From: an archaeon
Lineage (GTDB): Archaea > Iainarchaeota > Iainarchaeia > Iainarchaeales > CSSED10-239
DNA: 32,000 nt
Assembly: GCA_035390665.1 (NCBI GenBank)
Contig: DAOOUC010000007.1
Location: 12,728 to 44,727 of the forward strand
Direction: 5' to 3'
A program made the position numbers and the translations under genes. The notes beneath the pieces were generated by a model. The model did not search any database. It worked only from the letters and a program-made list of their open reading frames with translations, and was not told the DNA's origin. Of this stretch, positions 8,087 through 15,928 are shown piece by piece (position 1 is the first letter of the stretch; the number at the start of each line of letters is the position of its first letter).

Positions 8087-11000
8087 ATGAAATATACAAA
8101 AATACTATCTATAATTCTTATAATTTTAATATTGCCTTTTATCTTTGCAGAAGATGAAGGCAATTCTATTATTGTTCCTTTGGCAATAAATGGAACAGAA
8201 GGAGAATTAGATGTTTTTACAATACAAACAAACTATCCAGAAATAGAACTTGATGAATCTCAAGACCTAATTACAAGTTTTTCTTCTTTTGATCAGAATT
8301 CATCATTTTCTTTAAATTCTCAAGTTAATTATAAATCTCTTAATATTCCTCATTATTTCTTAAAAGAAAATCAAAATACTAAAAAAAGAATATATCCATT
8401 TAACCAAGGAAGAACTTATGTAATAAATAATTCTTCGCAAGAAATTGCAAAAGACAAAACCTTAGAGCTTAAATTAAATTTGTCTAATACCACACAAAAA
8501 GTTTATTTAATTATTGACCAAGCGCAATCAAATCCAATACCAGCTATGACTCAATTTGTAAATATTAGTTCTTCAACAATTGAGATTAACACCATTCCAA
8601 GATATCTAAAAATAAATAAAAGTTCAATTGTAAATGGCAAACTACTTTTAAATCTTAAAGCTAATATTCCTAATTTTTCTTTACAAATAATAGAATTGGA
8701 TAATAATCAAAAAGTTAGTGGAGTTTATAGTACAAATATTTTACAATTAGATTATGATTCTTTTAACAAATATACTTTATTTCAGATAAATAGAAACCTT
8801 ATTGAATTTTATTGTCCTTATTGTCATCTTAAAGACTATGGGATAAATGAAAATGGTTTTTCTTCTTGTGGCAAGTCTGTTTTTGAACAAGAGAAGAAAT
8901 CAATAACGGAATATTTAAGTGCGAAAGAAAATGTTTGTCTTTTACCAGATGGTTCAAGGATCTCTGGTTTTACAAATGAGTCCTTGGAATTATTTGGTTT
9001 GAATAGATTATATTTTGAATGGAATGATAATATTCCTTCTGATTTCTTTGATTATGGAGAATACTATGTAGATCAAGATCAACTAAGAATTGCAGTTTCT
9101 AAAAAATTAGATGAGATAAGTAATAATAATTATGTTGAAATTGAAACTACAAAATACAAAAAAGGAAAAAACACCTTAATTTCAAAAGTTGGAACAGATA
9201 TAGAATATGACTTGTCTGAAGTTACAGAACTTTCAACAAACAGTTCAATAAACGAGTCATTGGATTTTTCTATTGCAGTATTAAATTCAATTCCCGAAGA
9301 ATATAAAAAATTAACAATAATTGATTTAACAAATAATGAACCATCTGTAAGTGTTTCTGAATTTGATAGAATAATGCAAGAGATTTTAGTTTCAAATTAT
9401 TATAAAGTAACAGACTATCACACACATTATCAAATAACTCTTGAGAAATATTTAAGTTCAATTAGTAATTTTAAAATATCAAGAGCAAATAACGATATTT
9501 ATTCTAAACTTTTATATGGCCTAGAATATAAAACACAAGGTTATTCTAATGTTTATTTATCAGAAGGATTAAATTATTTTATATATAATATTAAACCATT
9601 TGGAGAAGATATAGAAGCAATTCTAAATAATGAGCACACACAATTGTTTGGAAACTATTGGAAACTAAATCTTTTAGATAATAACCAAACCACACAACCA
9701 AAAACAGTTATTGTAAATCTTTCAGAGATTGTTCCTGAAAGAAAAGAAGCAAATATTAGTTTTAATGATCCAACTACAGATTTATATGTTAATTATTATT
9801 CAGGAAATCAATATTTTTCTAATAATCCTTTATTTTTAATGCCACTAAATGTATTAAGTTACAATCGTGGAAACTTTTTTGAGAATACTACGTCTGTTAC
9901 TTCAAAGCAACCAGATATCATAAACAATTATAATAATCTCCAAGAAGGCAAAATTGTTTCTATAGATACAACAAGTTCTGATTTTGTAATTAATTTAACA
10001 AAACCAATAATTATTACTAAAGATACTGGAGAAGAAATTTTAGTAAAGTATTATAATGGTAGAGAATATGTTAATTATTCTAATAATTTAATAAAAGTAA
10101 ATAATTCAAGAGAAGACTTTCCAACTAAAGAAACAATTGTTATTTATCCGCCAAAGTCAGAATTTGTAAATTTTCCATTAATTGTTGAATCATCAACTCC
10201 TTTAATTTTTAATAAAGAAGTTATTGAAAATAAAGAGCAAGAAAAATATGTATATAGATTAAATTCAGAAACTCAGAATTTAAGCTTTTCTGAATTAATA
10301 AACAATATTTCAAATAATCAAACTTGTTTTTCAGTTATAGATAATAGTTTTTCTTTATGGATAAATGTTGATCAAGAATTAGATGTTACAAAATCTTATA
10401 GTTATCAAGAATTTGCAAGTGCTTTACAATCAGAAGAAAATAGTCCTTCTGAAAGTCTTGCAACAACTTTAAATCAAAACCCCGAAGTAAATACAACCTT
10501 TGCAGTATATACAATTGATGAATCTCAAAATCTTTACAAACAAGTACAAGCAGTTAATTCTTATATTCAAACAGAAACAGAGACAAGGAATTTAAAAATT
10601 TTAGAAAGTTATAATGAAGTATATCAAAAAGTATTAGAAAGTGAGCCTGCATTAAAAAAAGACTTTATAAATTTATTAAATTGTAATGAAACTTTAATTT
10701 GTAGGATTTCAAAAACAAGATTTACTCCAGAGGGTTCCTTCTTTGAGAGATTTAAAAATGTGTGCATAGACAATACTCCTACAGAATGTGTAAGTTTCTG
10801 GTCAAATCCAAAAGTAAGTTATTGTTCTGCATTTATTAGAAATTTTAATAATTATTATTTTGGATATAGATTTGATTCTGCAAATGCTTGGGATTTAGCT
10901 AAACAACAAAATAATAAAAGTATTTGGAAGGCAACAACCGGCTCTCTTTCGGAAAGTAGTTATGATTATTTAATTCCTGGTTCTGTTCTTGGAATTAAGC

Positions 11001-13060
11001 ACAATAATACAAGTTATTGGGATAAAGAATATAGTCATGTTGTTGTTTATTTAGGGAAAATGGGTTCTAGTCATTATATTATTCATTCTTGGTTAAATAC
11101 CTTAAAAATTGAAAAACTAGATGTTTTCTTAAAAACAACAGCCAGAGGAAAAAATGCATATGGGTATTATGAAGATGGGCAAATAAAAGAAGTAATGATT
11201 TCAAATAACCTTTATCAGAAATTAAGAACAAAAGCTAGAATTGAAGGAATTTCTCTTGGTTCTGTTGATTCTTCTATTTATCAAGGCATTGTTTCTAATT
11301 ACATATTAGATTCATTTAACAATTTTGAAATGGTTTCAACAACTCAGAGAAGCACACTAAATCAAAATATGTATCAGGAATTAGAGGTTGTTTATAATAG
11401 AATTTTAAATAAGGACTTTAGTATTTATTATAAAACAAACTATTCTAATAATTCAACACCAGAAGTAAATCAAAACATAAGATTAACACCAGGAGAGCCA
11501 ATGATAATAATTCTTGGCAAATATAAAAAAGTATTTTTAGTTAATAAAGAGAATGGAATAACTAATATTATTTCTGAATATCCAATAGCAACAGGAGTTA
11601 ATGGTTTTGGTTGTGTGAACGATAGTTTAAAAACACCAATTGGGCTATTTAAAATTGTACAAAAAGTTGGACAAAATTGTAGTCCTTTACAAGTTATAGG
11701 TGCTAATGGTTGTCAATATCAAAACGGAAACCCCGTACTTGCAAGTTATAATTCAGGAACAGCTAAAGTTGTAACCAGAAAACTTGTTCTTGATGGTCTT
11801 GAAAAAGAAAATATTGGTGTTGGTTGTGACACAGGTAATAGAAACACAATATATAGAGGGATATTTATACACGGAACAAATTATGAAAACTCAATGGGAC
11901 AACAAAGATCTCATGGTTGTATTAGAATGTTAAATAATGATGTTATTACTTTGTTTAACAATGTGCAAAACGGAACGTATGTTTATATTTATAATTCTGA
12001 AACAAGTTATTCAAGTCTTTTAGATTTAGAAAACAAATTAACAAATTCAGGAAACAACTTAGAATTCACATTAACTAGTGCAAGAAAACCATCAAATTCT
12101 AGAATTACAGCAACGAAGACAATGCAAGATGTTGACAATTATATTGATGAAAGAATAAATACATTTAGAATGTTAGATAATACAACAGGAGTAAGTCTAA
12201 GTTATGGTAGAGAATGTAACACAACAACCTTGAAGTTTCCTTGTTTTTTAAAAGAAGCCTTAGATGTAGAATATGATGCACATGTAATAAATCCACAATC
12301 TTCTGAGTTTAATTATATTGTTTTTAGAGTAACTAAAGCTTTTGGTTATACTTTAGAAGAAACAGCACAATTTTGGGGAAGTCTTTCTCAAGAGAGTGGA
12401 ACTTCAACAAACATAAGTGGATCACAATCACAATATGGTAATTCTCTTACAGGAAAACCAGCATATGGTATTGCACAAATAGAAAAAGCACCATGGTCAC
12501 AATATAATGCAAATAGATACACATTTGACGAAATGGTTCAAGATTTTAATTCTGTAGATTTATCTAGTATTATTGAAAGAGACCCTAGAATTGGAACCGT
12601 TACAGGCAGTAATAATAAAATAGACAGTAGAACAGAAATAATTGCTTTATTAGATTTAATTTGGACAAATAAAAGTAAATATGCATCTGTTGTTTTTTCT
12701 GCAGGATTAAAAAGATATATTGGTAGAAAGATAATTACAACTTCTCAAATTAATTACAATTCTGGAACAATAAGAGAGCCGTTTTGGCATGCTCATAGAA
12801 CGACATACGATCATTTAAATTCAATTAATTTTAATTTTGCTGTAATTTATAAATATAAATATACAGGAACTCAAAGAATGTATGATGGTATAAAAAGATA
12901 TTCTGGATTAGATGGCGGAGAAGACACAATTAAAACAATTGCATTAAAGCTTGCAAATTATCTTGCTTTTAAAAAAGAATATTATATGTATAAATATGGA
13001 ATAATAAATGGAAATCATTCTGATTTATTGGCAAGTATGATAAATGCAGGGATAATTTAA
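8087..13060 (+). CDS. giant secreted multidomain protein: unknown N-terminal ~900 aa, then NlpC/P60-like, YkuD L,D-transpeptidase and SLT-like (lytic transglycosylase) regions
   Basis: Signal peptide MKYTKILSIILIILILPFIFAEDE. YCSAFIRNF...LIPGSVLGI...EYSHVVVYLGKMGSSHYIIHSW follows the NlpC/P60 Cys/His pattern (nt ~10785-11115). TPIGLFKI...IFIHGT...QRSHGCIRMLNNDV is the YkuD core (nt ~11498-11995). SQESG...AYGIAQIE is SLT-like (nt ~12290-12750). Confidence 0.85.
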   Translation: MKYTKILSIILIILILPFIFAEDEGNSIIVPLAINGTEGELDVFTIQTNYPEIELDESQDLITSFSSFDQNSSFSLNSQVNYKSLNIPHYFLKENQNTKKRIYPFNQGRTYVINNSSQEIAKDKTLELKLNLSNTTQKVYLIIDQAQSNPIPAMTQFVNISSSTIEINTIPRYLKINKSSIVNGKLLLNLKANIPNFSLQIIELDNNQKVSGVYSTNILQLDYDSFNKYTLFQINRNLIEFYCPYCHLKDYGINENGFSSCGKSVFEQEKKSITEYLSAKENVCLLPDGSRISGFTNESLELFGLNRLYFEWNDNIPSDFFDYGEYYVDQDQLRIAVSKKLDEISNNNYVEIETTKYKKGKNTLISKVGTDIEYDLSEVTELSTNSSINESLDFSIAVLNSIPEEYKKLTIIDLTNNEPSVSVSEFDRIMQEILVSNYYKVTDYHTHYQITLEKYLSSISNFKISRANNDIYSKLLYGLEYKTQGYSNVYLSEGLNYFIYNIKPFGEDIEAILNNEHTQLFGNYWKLNLLDNNQTTQPKTVIVNLSEIVPERKEANISFNDPTTDLYVNYYSGNQYFSNNPLFLMPLNVLSYNRGNFFENTTSVTSKQPDIINNYNNLQEGKIVSIDTTSSDFVINLTKPIIITKDTGEEILVKYYNGREYVNYSNNLIKVNNSREDFPTKETIVIYPPKSEFVNFPLIVESSTPLIFNKEVIENKEQEKYVYRLNSETQNLSFSELINNISNNQTCFSVIDNSFSLWINVDQELDVTKSYSYQEFASALQSEENSPSESLATTLNQNPEVNTTFAVYTIDESQNLYKQVQAVNSYIQTETETRNLKILESYNEVYQKVLESEPALKKDFINLLNCNETLICRISKTRFTPEGSFFERFKNVCIDNTPTECVSFWSNPKVSYCSAFIRNFNNYYFGYRFDSANAWDLAKQQNNKSIWKATTGSLSESSYDYLIPGSVLGIKHNNTSYWDKEYSHVVVYLGKMGSSHYIIHSWLNTLKIEKLDVFLKTTARGKNAYGYYEDGQIKEVMISNNLYQKLRTKARIEGISLGSVDSSIYQGIVSNYILDSFNNFEMVSTTQRSTLNQNMYQELEVVYNRILNKDFSIYYKTNYSNNSTPEVNQNIRLTPGEPMIIILGKYKKVFLVNKENGITNIISEYPIATGVNGFGCVNDSLKTPIGLFKIVQKVGQNCSPLQVIGANGCQYQNGNPVLASYNSGTAKVVTRKLVLDGLEKENIGVGCDTGNRNTIYRGIFIHGTNYENSMGQQRSHGCIRMLNNDVITLFNNVQNGTYVYIYNSETSYSSLLDLENKLTNSGNNLEFTLTSARKPSNSRITATKTMQDVDNYIDERINTFRMLDNTTGVSLSYGRECNTTTLKFPCFLKEALDVEYDAHVINPQSSEFNYIVFRVTKAFGYTLEETAQFWGSLSQESGTSTNISGSQSQYGNSLTGKPAYGIAQIEKAPWSQYNANRYTFDEMVQDFNSVDLSSIIERDPRIGTVTGSNNKIDSRTEIIALLDLIWTNKSKYASVVFSAGLKRYIGRKIITTSQINYNSGTIREPFWHAHRTTYDHLNSINFNFAVIYKYKYTGTQRMYDGIKRYSGLDGGEDTIKTIALKLANYLAFKKEYYMYKYGIINGNHSDLLASMINAGII

Positions 13061-13061
13061 T

Positions 13062-13721
13062 TTATTCTAATAATTTATCTTTTATTTTCTTTATTTTTGT
13101 TTTAGATTTAATTATGTAATGTCTTTTCGCATGTTCCACTAAAAGAGCATGATATTCTTGGTATATCTTGAAATCTTTTGGAAGGTTATCCATAAATAGT
13201 TTTTGTATTTCTTCGTATTTTGCATTTTTTTTAATAATTTTAAGATTTAATAATATTCTTATAGTATATGCATCAACAACAAAGATTGGTTCTCTATGTG
13301 CATATAAAAGAATGGAATCAGCTGTTTCTTTTCCAATTCCTTTAACTGAAAGAAGTTCGTGTCTTGTAGGCATTCTGTCTTTCAAAGATAAATAAAATTT
13401 AGAAATATCAACAAGTCTTTCATATTTTTGATTATAATAGCCAACAGATTTAATTGCGTGTTTGATAATTTCTTCATCTTTTTCTATTATTGCTTTAGGA
13501 TTCAGTAAATCGTTTTTCTTAAGATTATAAATTGCTTTTTCAACATTTTTCCAAGAAGTACTCTGAGTTAATATTGCCCCAACATATACTTCAAATATTT
13601 GAGAATGTGTTTTAATTAAATAATATTTCCCTGGATGATAACCAATATCAGATAATGGCCACCAACCCTGTGGTCCATAGTTTGTAAGTAAAACATCATA
13701 TATTTTTTGTATAGTATTCAT
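13062..13721 (-). CDS. HhH-GPD superfamily DNA glycosylase (endonuclease III-related, COG2231-like)
   Basis: Helix-hairpin-helix LLSVKGIGKETADSILLYA followed by FVVDAYTIRIL; N-terminal YGPQGWWPL motif. The likely start is MNTIQKIYDVL (ATG at 13721) rather than the track start at 13754. Its stop is 1 nt from the stop of the convergent 1657-aa gene. Confidence 0.8.
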   Translation of the reverse strand: MNTIQKIYDVLLTNYGPQGWWPLSDIGYHPGKYYLIKTHSQIFEVYVGAILTQSTSWKNVEKAIYNLKKNDLLNPKAIIEKDEEIIKHAIKSVGYYNQKYERLVDISKFYLSLKDRMPTRHELLSVKGIGKETADSILLYAHREPIFVVDAYTIRILLNLKIIKKNAKYEEIQKLFMDNLPKDFKIYQEYHALLVEHAKRHYIIKSKTKIKKIKDKLLE

Positions 13722-13783
13722 AGCTTTTTCACAAATAATAATATAACAATACAATTATTAAATGTTTTTGTGTTATTGTTTTT

Positions 13784-14332
13784 ATGCTTAGAAGAATTTT
13801 AATATTTTTGTGTTTAGTTTTATTTTTAGGAACTTTATTTTATGTTCTTATCGAAAATAATAACAAAACAGAAACAGACAAAACCTATTATTTCGGTTAC
13901 GGAAGTAATATGGATATTGATCTTTTAAGAAAAAGGATTGATAATAATTCTATAGTTCCAGTAAGTTATGCTAAACTTGAAAACTATCGTCTAATCTTTC
14001 CAAGAGGAGTAGGTTCTGTTATTCCTGATGAAACTACAGATGTCTATGGTTGTCTTTTTCTTTTAACAAAAGAAGAAATAGCAAAACTGGATATTATTGA
14101 AGGATATAGAGAAGATAGAAATAAATCATTAAACAGTTACAATAGAGAATGGATAGATGTTTTGTCTCCAAAAGGTAAAAAAGTATCTGCAGAAATCTAT
14201 ATTCAGACAAACAATTCTGATGTAAATGCAAAACCAAGTAATAGTTACAAGCAAACACTTGTAAAAGGTGCAAGCGATTGTTCTCTTCCTGATTTTTATC
14301 AAGAACAATTAAAGCAAATTGAAGTTAGATAA
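13784..14332 (+). CDS. gamma-glutamylcyclotransferase / AIG2-like family protein with N-terminal TM anchor
   Basis: YYFGYGSNMDIDLLRKR matches the YGSN(L/M) GGCT motif, and LDIIEGY supplies the conserved Glu region. N-terminal hydrophobic ILIFLCLVLFLGTLFYVLI. Confidence 0.6.
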   Translation: MLRRILIFLCLVLFLGTLFYVLIENNNKTETDKTYYFGYGSNMDIDLLRKRIDNNSIVPVSYAKLENYRLIFPRGVGSVIPDETTDVYGCLFLLTKEEIAKLDIIEGYREDRNKSLNSYNREWIDVLSPKGKKVSAEIYIQTNNSDVNAKPSNSYKQTLVKGASDCSLPDFYQEQLKQIEVR

Positions 14333-14392
14333 TTTTCTTAATTTTGTGAATTTGTTATTTTTCGTAAAATTTTTGCATTTTCCCAAATAACA

Positions 14393-14400
14393 TTTATATA
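14393..14400 (+). promoter_or_regulatory. TATA-box-like element upstream of the KilA-N gene
   Basis: CATTTATATAC lies about 72 nt upstream of the ATG at 14472. The predicted transcription start would fall at or near the C7 tract (14419-14425). Confidence 0.35.
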
Positions 14401-14471
14401 CTCTGCACTGGACAGCAACCCCCCCGAAAATGACACCGTTTTCTAATAACTATATTATTTTGTGAACAATT

Positions 14472-15281
14472 ATGAATAAAGTAAATGTATTAGGAAATGA
14501 TATTTCATATTATACAAAACAGGAAAACGACTATATTTCTTTAACAGACATGGTTAAAAATTTAAATAATGGTTTAGTATTAATAGAAAAATGGTTAAGA
14601 AATAAAAACACTATTGAATTTATAGGGATTTGGGAAGAAATGAACAACCCTGAATTTAATTCCCCCGAATTCGGGGGAATTAAAAATGAAGCAGGAACAA
14701 ATAGATTTGCATTGTCTGTAAGTCAATGGATAATTAGAACAAATGCTATTGGAATTAAAGCAAGTGCAGGAAGGTATGGCGGAACCTTCGCACACAAAGA
14801 TATTGCTTTTGAGTTTGCTTCATGGATATCTCCTAAATTTAAATTATATCTTATTAAAGAATTTCAAAGATTAAAAATAGATGAAAGTCAAAGGTTAAAA
14901 CTTGATTGGGACATTAAAAGAAATCTTGCTAAAATTAATTATCATATACACACAGACGCTATAAAGAACAATTTGATTCCTGAAAAGATATCTAAAACAA
15001 AAGAATATTTAATTTATGCAACAGAAGCAGATATCTTAAATCTTGCTCTTTTCGGATTAACTGCAAAAGAATGGAAAAATAATAATCCTAAATTAGAAGG
15101 GAATATTAGAGATTATGCAGATATTTCTCAATTAGTTTGTCTTTCAAATCTTGAAAACTTAAATGCGTTGTTCATTAAAGAAGGAATGGACAAATTAGAG
15201 AGATTGAAAAAATTAAACATTATAGCAATTGAGCAAATGACTATTTTAACTAATCAGCAAGTAATTAAAAAATTAAAATAA
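14472..15281 (+). CDS. KilA-N domain-containing protein (phage/mobile-element-type DNA-binding domain)
   Basis: NDYISLTDMVK...IEKWLRNKNTIEFIGIWEEMNNPEFN...RYGGTFAHKDIAFEFASWISPKFKLYLIKEFQRLK is the pattern of roughly 270-aa bacterial KilA-N proteins as I recall them. Confidence 0.8.
   Translation: MNKVNVLGNDISYYTKQENDYISLTDMVKNLNNGLVLIEKWLRNKNTIEFIGIWEEMNNPEFNSPEFGGIKNEAGTNRFALSVSQWIIRTNAIGIKASAGRYGGTFAHKDIAFEFASWISPKFKLYLIKEFQRLKIDESQRLKLDWDIKRNLAKINYHIHTDAIKNNLIPEKISKTKEYLIYATEADILNLALFGLTAKEWKNNNPKLEGNIRDYADISQLVCLSNLENLNALFIKEGMDKLERLKKLNIIAIEQMTILTNQQVIKKLK
14655..14684. repeat. 30-bp perfect palindrome TTTAATTCCCCCGAATTCGGGGGAATTAAA inside the KilA-N CDS
   Basis: Verified base by base as its own reverse complement; centred on GAATTC. 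It has G5/C5 arms in an otherwise AT-rich gene and encodes ...EFNSPEFGGIK... Confidence 0.95.
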
Positions 15282-15285
15282 GAAG

Positions 15286-15358
15286 TGGTCCTGCCCGGAT
15301 TTGGACCGGGGATCTCTGCCATGTGAAGGCAACATCATAACCGCTAGACCACAGGACC
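15286..15358 (-). tRNA. tRNA-Val (anticodon CAC) with atypical T-loop
   Basis: The rc reads GGTCCTG-TG-GTCT-AGCGGTTA-TGAT-G-TTGCC-TTCACAT-GGCAG-AGATC-CCCGG-TCCAAAT-CCGGG-CAGGACC-A. The cloverleaf is good and the anticodon loop is TT-CAC-AT. The T-loop is TCCAAAT (C at position 55), not the TTCGAAT of the other two tRNAs. The 5' end directly abuts the stop codon of the upstream gene. Confidence 0.8.
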
Positions 15359-15925
15359 TTATTGTAATTTATAGGTTTTTTCTATAACACATCTTCTTGT
15401 TGGTTTTTTAGCTGTAGAATATTTCATAATTGTAATATTATCAAAATATGAATCAAAGTATTTTTCTTTTCCTTTTAAGAATTTCATAATTTTGGGATAT
15501 AGCTTTTCATTACATTCTTCAGTAATAGTTGTGTGCAAATGTATTCCATTGTCTTCAATATTTTTGTGCCAAGTTAGCCATTTTAGTTTTTTTAATTCTT
15601 TGTGTAATTCTAAAATTATATTATTTATTTTTTGCGATTGACTTCCTTTTACAAAAACCACTCTTTTATGAAAATTATCAAATCCACCAACTTTTATTTT
15701 TTGTTTAGTGTGTGTTTTTGAAAATTTAGAAAGAGTTTCTTTTAATTTCTCTAATTGTTTTGTATTTGCTTTAAATTTGTATTTTAAAGTAAAGTGTGCA
15801 TAATTGTTTGCTTTCTTAGTGTGCATAAGACCAAATTCATTAGCGATTGCGCATACTAAATCTCTTCTATAGTTATCTATTTCTTTATTATGCAAAAAAA
15901 ACAAACAATATTCCATATTATTCAT
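15359..15925 (-). CDS. 2H phosphoesterase superfamily protein (LigT / 2'-5' RNA ligase-like)
   Basis: Two H-x-T/S-x motifs about 85 aa apart: YAHFTLKYKF and IHLHTTITE. IKVGGFDNFHKRVVFVKG resembles the LigT inter-motif strand. It lies 3 nt downstream of aspS. Confidence 0.6.
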   Translation of the reverse strand: MNNMEYCLFFLHNKEIDNYRRDLVCAIANEFGLMHTKKANNYAHFTLKYKFKANTKQLEKLKETLSKFSKTHTKQKIKVGGFDNFHKRVVFVKGSQSQKINNIILELHKELKKLKWLTWHKNIEDNGIHLHTTITEECNEKLYPKIMKFLKGKEKYFDSYFDNITIMKYSTAKKPTRRCVIEKTYKLQ

Positions 15926-15928
15926 CCT

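Noticed and set aside
11498-11995. Reading the YkuD L,D-transpeptidase domain as evidence that the contig is bacterial
   Set aside because: The surrounding genes argue otherwise: an archaeal-type AspRS C-terminus, archaeal Pilin_N and KG/Q class III signals, TATA-type promoters and an SRP RNA with an Alu domain. Acquisition or retention of a murein-active domain by an archaeon is the more parsimonious reading, though whole-genome context should confirm it.
13058-13064. Convergent stop codons of the 1657-aa gene and the glycosylase gene separated by 1 nt, considered as a special bidirectional terminator
   Set aside because: No hairpin or T-tract structure is visible there. Tight convergent packing is common in streamlined genomes.
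14333-15358. KilA-N plus tRNA-Val as an intact integrated prophage or integrative element
   Set aside because: There is no integrase, excisionase, capsid or replication gene nearby. I could find no duplicate of the tRNA-Val 3' half in the flanking 1.5 kb. The neighbouring genes (GGCT-like, glycosylase) look chromosomal. At most this is a remnant.
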